DNA of 64,000 nt, from contig CBDCOZ010000003.1 in assembly GCA_965220085.1 (NCBI GenBank), positions 1,982,637 through 2,046,636 on the forward strand, written 5' to 3'. Made by a program: the position numbers and the translations under genes. This DNA is from Candidatus Oxydemutatoraceae bacterium (GTDB lineage: Bacteria; Pseudomonadota; Gammaproteobacteria; Poriferisulfidales; Oxydemutatoraceae). How positions within the stretch are numbered: the first letter of the stretch is position 1; each line of letters starts with the position of its first letter. Positions 61,694 through 64,000 of the stretch are shown here, one piece after another. The notes beneath the pieces are model-generated. The model worked only from the letters and a program-made list of their open reading frames with translations, made no database searches and was not told the DNA's origin.

Positions 61694-62588
61694 TTTCCAC
61701 GTAGGCAGGCTCGATCTCTATACCAATGCCGCTACGCCCAGTGCAAGCTGCGGCCACGCAAGTGGTGCCGCTACCCAAAAAGGGATCGAGAACCCTCTGC
61801 CCCTCCTCTGTGAAGATGCGAATCAGGTGCTCGCACAGTTGCACAGGTTTGGGCGTAAGGTGTCCCTGCCTGGGATCCTTTTCCACCTCCATTACGGTAC
61901 TGGGAACTTTTCCGTCCAGCGATTCGGCGGCGTCAATCAGGCCCGTGCGGTAACGCAACCAGTTGTCAACAAAGGTTCCCTCGCGTGGCTTCTGGACGCA
62001 GATGATGGACTCAAACTGCGGGCGCAACTGCGGAGTTTTGCGATTACCCAAAGCATCCTCCGCCTGCTTGCCAAGTCTGCGGGCGAAGTGCGCCAGCGAA
62101 AATGCCTTGAACTGCGCCCGACCACGGTAGCGCCAAGCAAACTGGTCTCGCACCTCAAAACCCTCTTCCTCCGCTGCCACAGCCATCCTGTGCGCCAGCC
62201 TAGGCGCTGAAAACGCCAGCAGAAAGCCCCCTGGCTTCAGCACCCGCAGACACTCCGCAAAAACCGGTTGCAAGAACTCTTGCAACCTGCGCCCCTGCGC
62301 TGGATCAAACCGCATCCCGCAAGGCAGACCGCCGACAGACCCTGTAGCCTTTGGCTCTGCCCCGCCCTTGGACCAGCCCCCATCCAAGCCATCGAGAAAG
62401 TAGGGTGGGTCCGTTAGCACCAGATGGACACTCGCATCTCCCATCCCTGCCAGCACCTCGCGGCAGTCGCCTACCAAAATCTCCTGGCTTACTACGGCGG
62501 ATATGTGCGGAGGCTCCGCCACATCAAACGGAATCTGTACCCCGAGTGGTTCGCTGATGGCCAGTGCGGCATTGCGGTGTGTCGTCAT
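61644..62588 (-). CDS. DNA methyltransferase (N4-C/N6-A, beta-class motif order)
   Basis: TDPPY, HLTPKP, LDPFLGSGTT. Confidence 0.92.
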   Translation of the reverse strand: MTTHRNAALAISEPLGVQIPFDVAEPPHISAVVSQEILVGDCREVLAGMGDASVHLVLTDPPYFLDGLDGGWSKGGAEPKATGSVGGLPCGMRFDPAQGRRLQEFLQPVFAECLRVLKPGGFLLAFSAPRLAHRMAVAAEEEGFEVRDQFAWRYRGRAQFKAFSLAHFARRLGKQAEDALGNRKTPQLRPQFESIICVQKPREGTFVDNWLRYRTGLIDAAESLDGKVPSTVMEVEKDPRQGHLTPKPVQLCEHLIRIFTEEGQRVLDPFLGSGTTCVAAACTGRSGIGIEIEPAYVEIARRRVGEALASSTAD

Positions 62589-62623
62589 CTATTCCATTCC
62601 TATACGCTGGCGGAGTCCCACAT

Positions 62624-63742
62624 CTAGTGGGAGCTTTGTGCCCAATCACAAGAAATTGTAGCAAAAGTAGGGTAGGCCTCGCAAGTCTGTGTATGATGCC
62701 AGCACATATTGGAAACTCTGGGCAAATATTGTGTAATTTGTGCCATAGGTGTTTGGAGCCTCAATCCATAATGTGGTCGTTGGGTATTAAACCATAGCAG
62801 GTAGTCTATCATACGCTCATTGAATTCCCGAATATCGGTCAGCAACAAGCCCTCTTCAAACTCCACAAATTCTTCCTGGAGCGTGCGGTTAAAGCGTTCA
62901 TTGAATGCGTTCATCTTCGGACATTTGGGATACGTGTAGCAGTGCCGGATACCTTGCTCTTGCAGGCAGCGATCAAACGCGCCGCAGAACTCGGAGCCGT
63001 TGTCGGTGAGCACTTGCTCTATCTTGGCGGGGAACACTTCCATCATCAGCTTCATAAAGAACTCGGCAGCGATGCTGTTGCCACGAGGGACGCCGATAGC
63101 AAAGCCAAACCGGCTATACAAATCTACGGCCGTGAACAGATAGCGACGCTGACCTTGAATAAACCGTTGCACGGTATCCATAGCGATGCAATGCCCGATA
63201 CGCTTTGCATTGAAACCCTTTTCAAGACGCTCCTTGCTCTTGCTTTGCGTTGTGCGTTGCCGACGCGGTTTTGCGGGCACCCAGCGCATCTTATCGGCTT
63301 CGCCGGCAATCAGTCGCGCGATGGTGCGCGGCTTGGGACAACGCAAGCCGCGCTCGTCACACCACGGTTGAATCAGCAGGTATATCTTGGGTGCGCCGTA
63401 GGGATAGTTTTCGCGGTGTCGCCGAATCTCGTCGATAATCTCCTCAGGCCAGTCGCGCCGGCGTGGCTGGCGCGGGCAAGTGCTCTGATTGATTAAGCCG
63501 TTAATGCCATAAAGCCGATATTGTCTCCGCCACTCATAGAGTGATGATTTGCTGATGTGGTAAGCGTCCATGCTGGCTTTTATGTTGTGGTTCTCCCATA
63601 ATATAAGGGCTTCAAGTTTCTGTTTTGCTTTATAGCTCATAGTTGCCTCGTCTATTGAAAAAGCAGCTATTTTATAGAAACCTTTGACGCCGTAGCCGAT
63701 GTGTTGATATTGCATGTCGGCTACGTTTGTTGTTGAAGCCAA
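62624..63742 (-). CDS. IS481-like DDE transposase
   Basis: Near-identical to 48966-50039; C-terminus runs into flanking DNA. Confidence 0.9.
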   Translation of the reverse strand: MASTTNVADMQYQHIGYGVKGFYKIAAFSIDEATMSYKAKQKLEALILWENHNIKASMDAYHISKSSLYEWRRQYRLYGINGLINQSTCPRQPRRRDWPEEIIDEIRRHRENYPYGAPKIYLLIQPWCDERGLRCPKPRTIARLIAGEADKMRWVPAKPRRQRTTQSKSKERLEKGFNAKRIGHCIAMDTVQRFIQGQRRYLFTAVDLYSRFGFAIGVPRGNSIAAEFFMKLMMEVFPAKIEQVLTDNGSEFCGAFDRCLQEQGIRHCYTYPKCPKMNAFNERFNRTLQEEFVEFEEGLLLTDIREFNERMIDYLLWFNTQRPHYGLRLQTPMAQITQYLPRVSNMCWHHTQTCEAYPTFATISCDWAQSSH

Positions 63743-63770
63743 GAATCCAGAATGTTTCTGGCATTATGCA
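62690..63770 (-). mobile_element. IS481-like insertion sequence, copy 2 (1081 bp)
   Basis: Near-identical to 48987-50067; target duplication (A)GTCTG. Confidence 0.87.
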
Positions 63771-63863
63771 GTCTGGTCAGGGCCAGATTGTCTAGACCGT
63801 TGGCGAAGCGGAAGCAGACAACGTATCTGGCGTCTCAAAATCAAGGAAATTTAGAGCCCCAAG

Positions 63864-63951
63864 GCCAAGGCGGTGGAAATTGGTAGACACGTTATTTCTA
63901 AAGGGCAGTGGGAGCAATCCCATGGAGACTCAAGCTTTCTCCTCGGCGCCA
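63864..63951 (+). pseudogene. Degenerate tRNA-Leu-like sequence
   Basis: GCCAAGGCGGTGGAAATTGGTAGACAC...GGGAGCAATCCC...CCTCGGCGCCA; anticodon and T arms do not pair canonically. Confidence 0.6.
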
Positions 63952-63953
63952 AC

Positions 63954-63985
63954 CCCATAATGGGTATTATAATACCCATTATGGG
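63954..63985. repeat. Perfect 32-bp palindrome CCCATAATGGGTATTATAATACCCATTATGGG
   Basis: The first 16 nt are the exact reverse complement of the last 16 nt. Confidence 0.9.
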
Positions 63986-64000
63986 CACTCACAGAACAGC

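Overview
Chromosomal window from a GC-rich Gammaproteobacterium; the abundance of restriction-modification (RM) loci, IS elements and Ig-like secreted proteins suggests a host-associated symbiont (inference). The core backbone includes fabH-uvrC-pgsA with tRNAs, a MoxR/Bat operon, lysC-csrA-tRNA-Ser, leuCDB-asd-fimV-truA, dapA-bamC, bcp, perM, proS and gluQ. Accessory DNA comprises three RM-type loci (one with a RadC-methyltransferase fusion), two IS481-like copies, one IS1595, a bufferin-type RiPP cluster and a RAPP-motif leader gene before an outer-membrane barrel. Two observations stand out. (1) A 9 kb array (38447-47527, minus strand) of seven mosaic secreted proteins built from shuffled Ig/cadherin-like and Cys-rich modules, all ending in the invariant peptide LRLRLFLEGPLR despite many synonymous codon changes. 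The first gene carries a C18 tract, the intergenic linkers are conserved, and an inverted pair of repeat elements brackets six of the genes. This is a candidate undescribed C-terminal sorting or docking system. (2) Six independent tandem amplifications sit exactly on gene junctions, several producing relays of mini-ORFs that keep ATGA stop/start overlaps. All family assignments come from motif recognition; no database searches were run.
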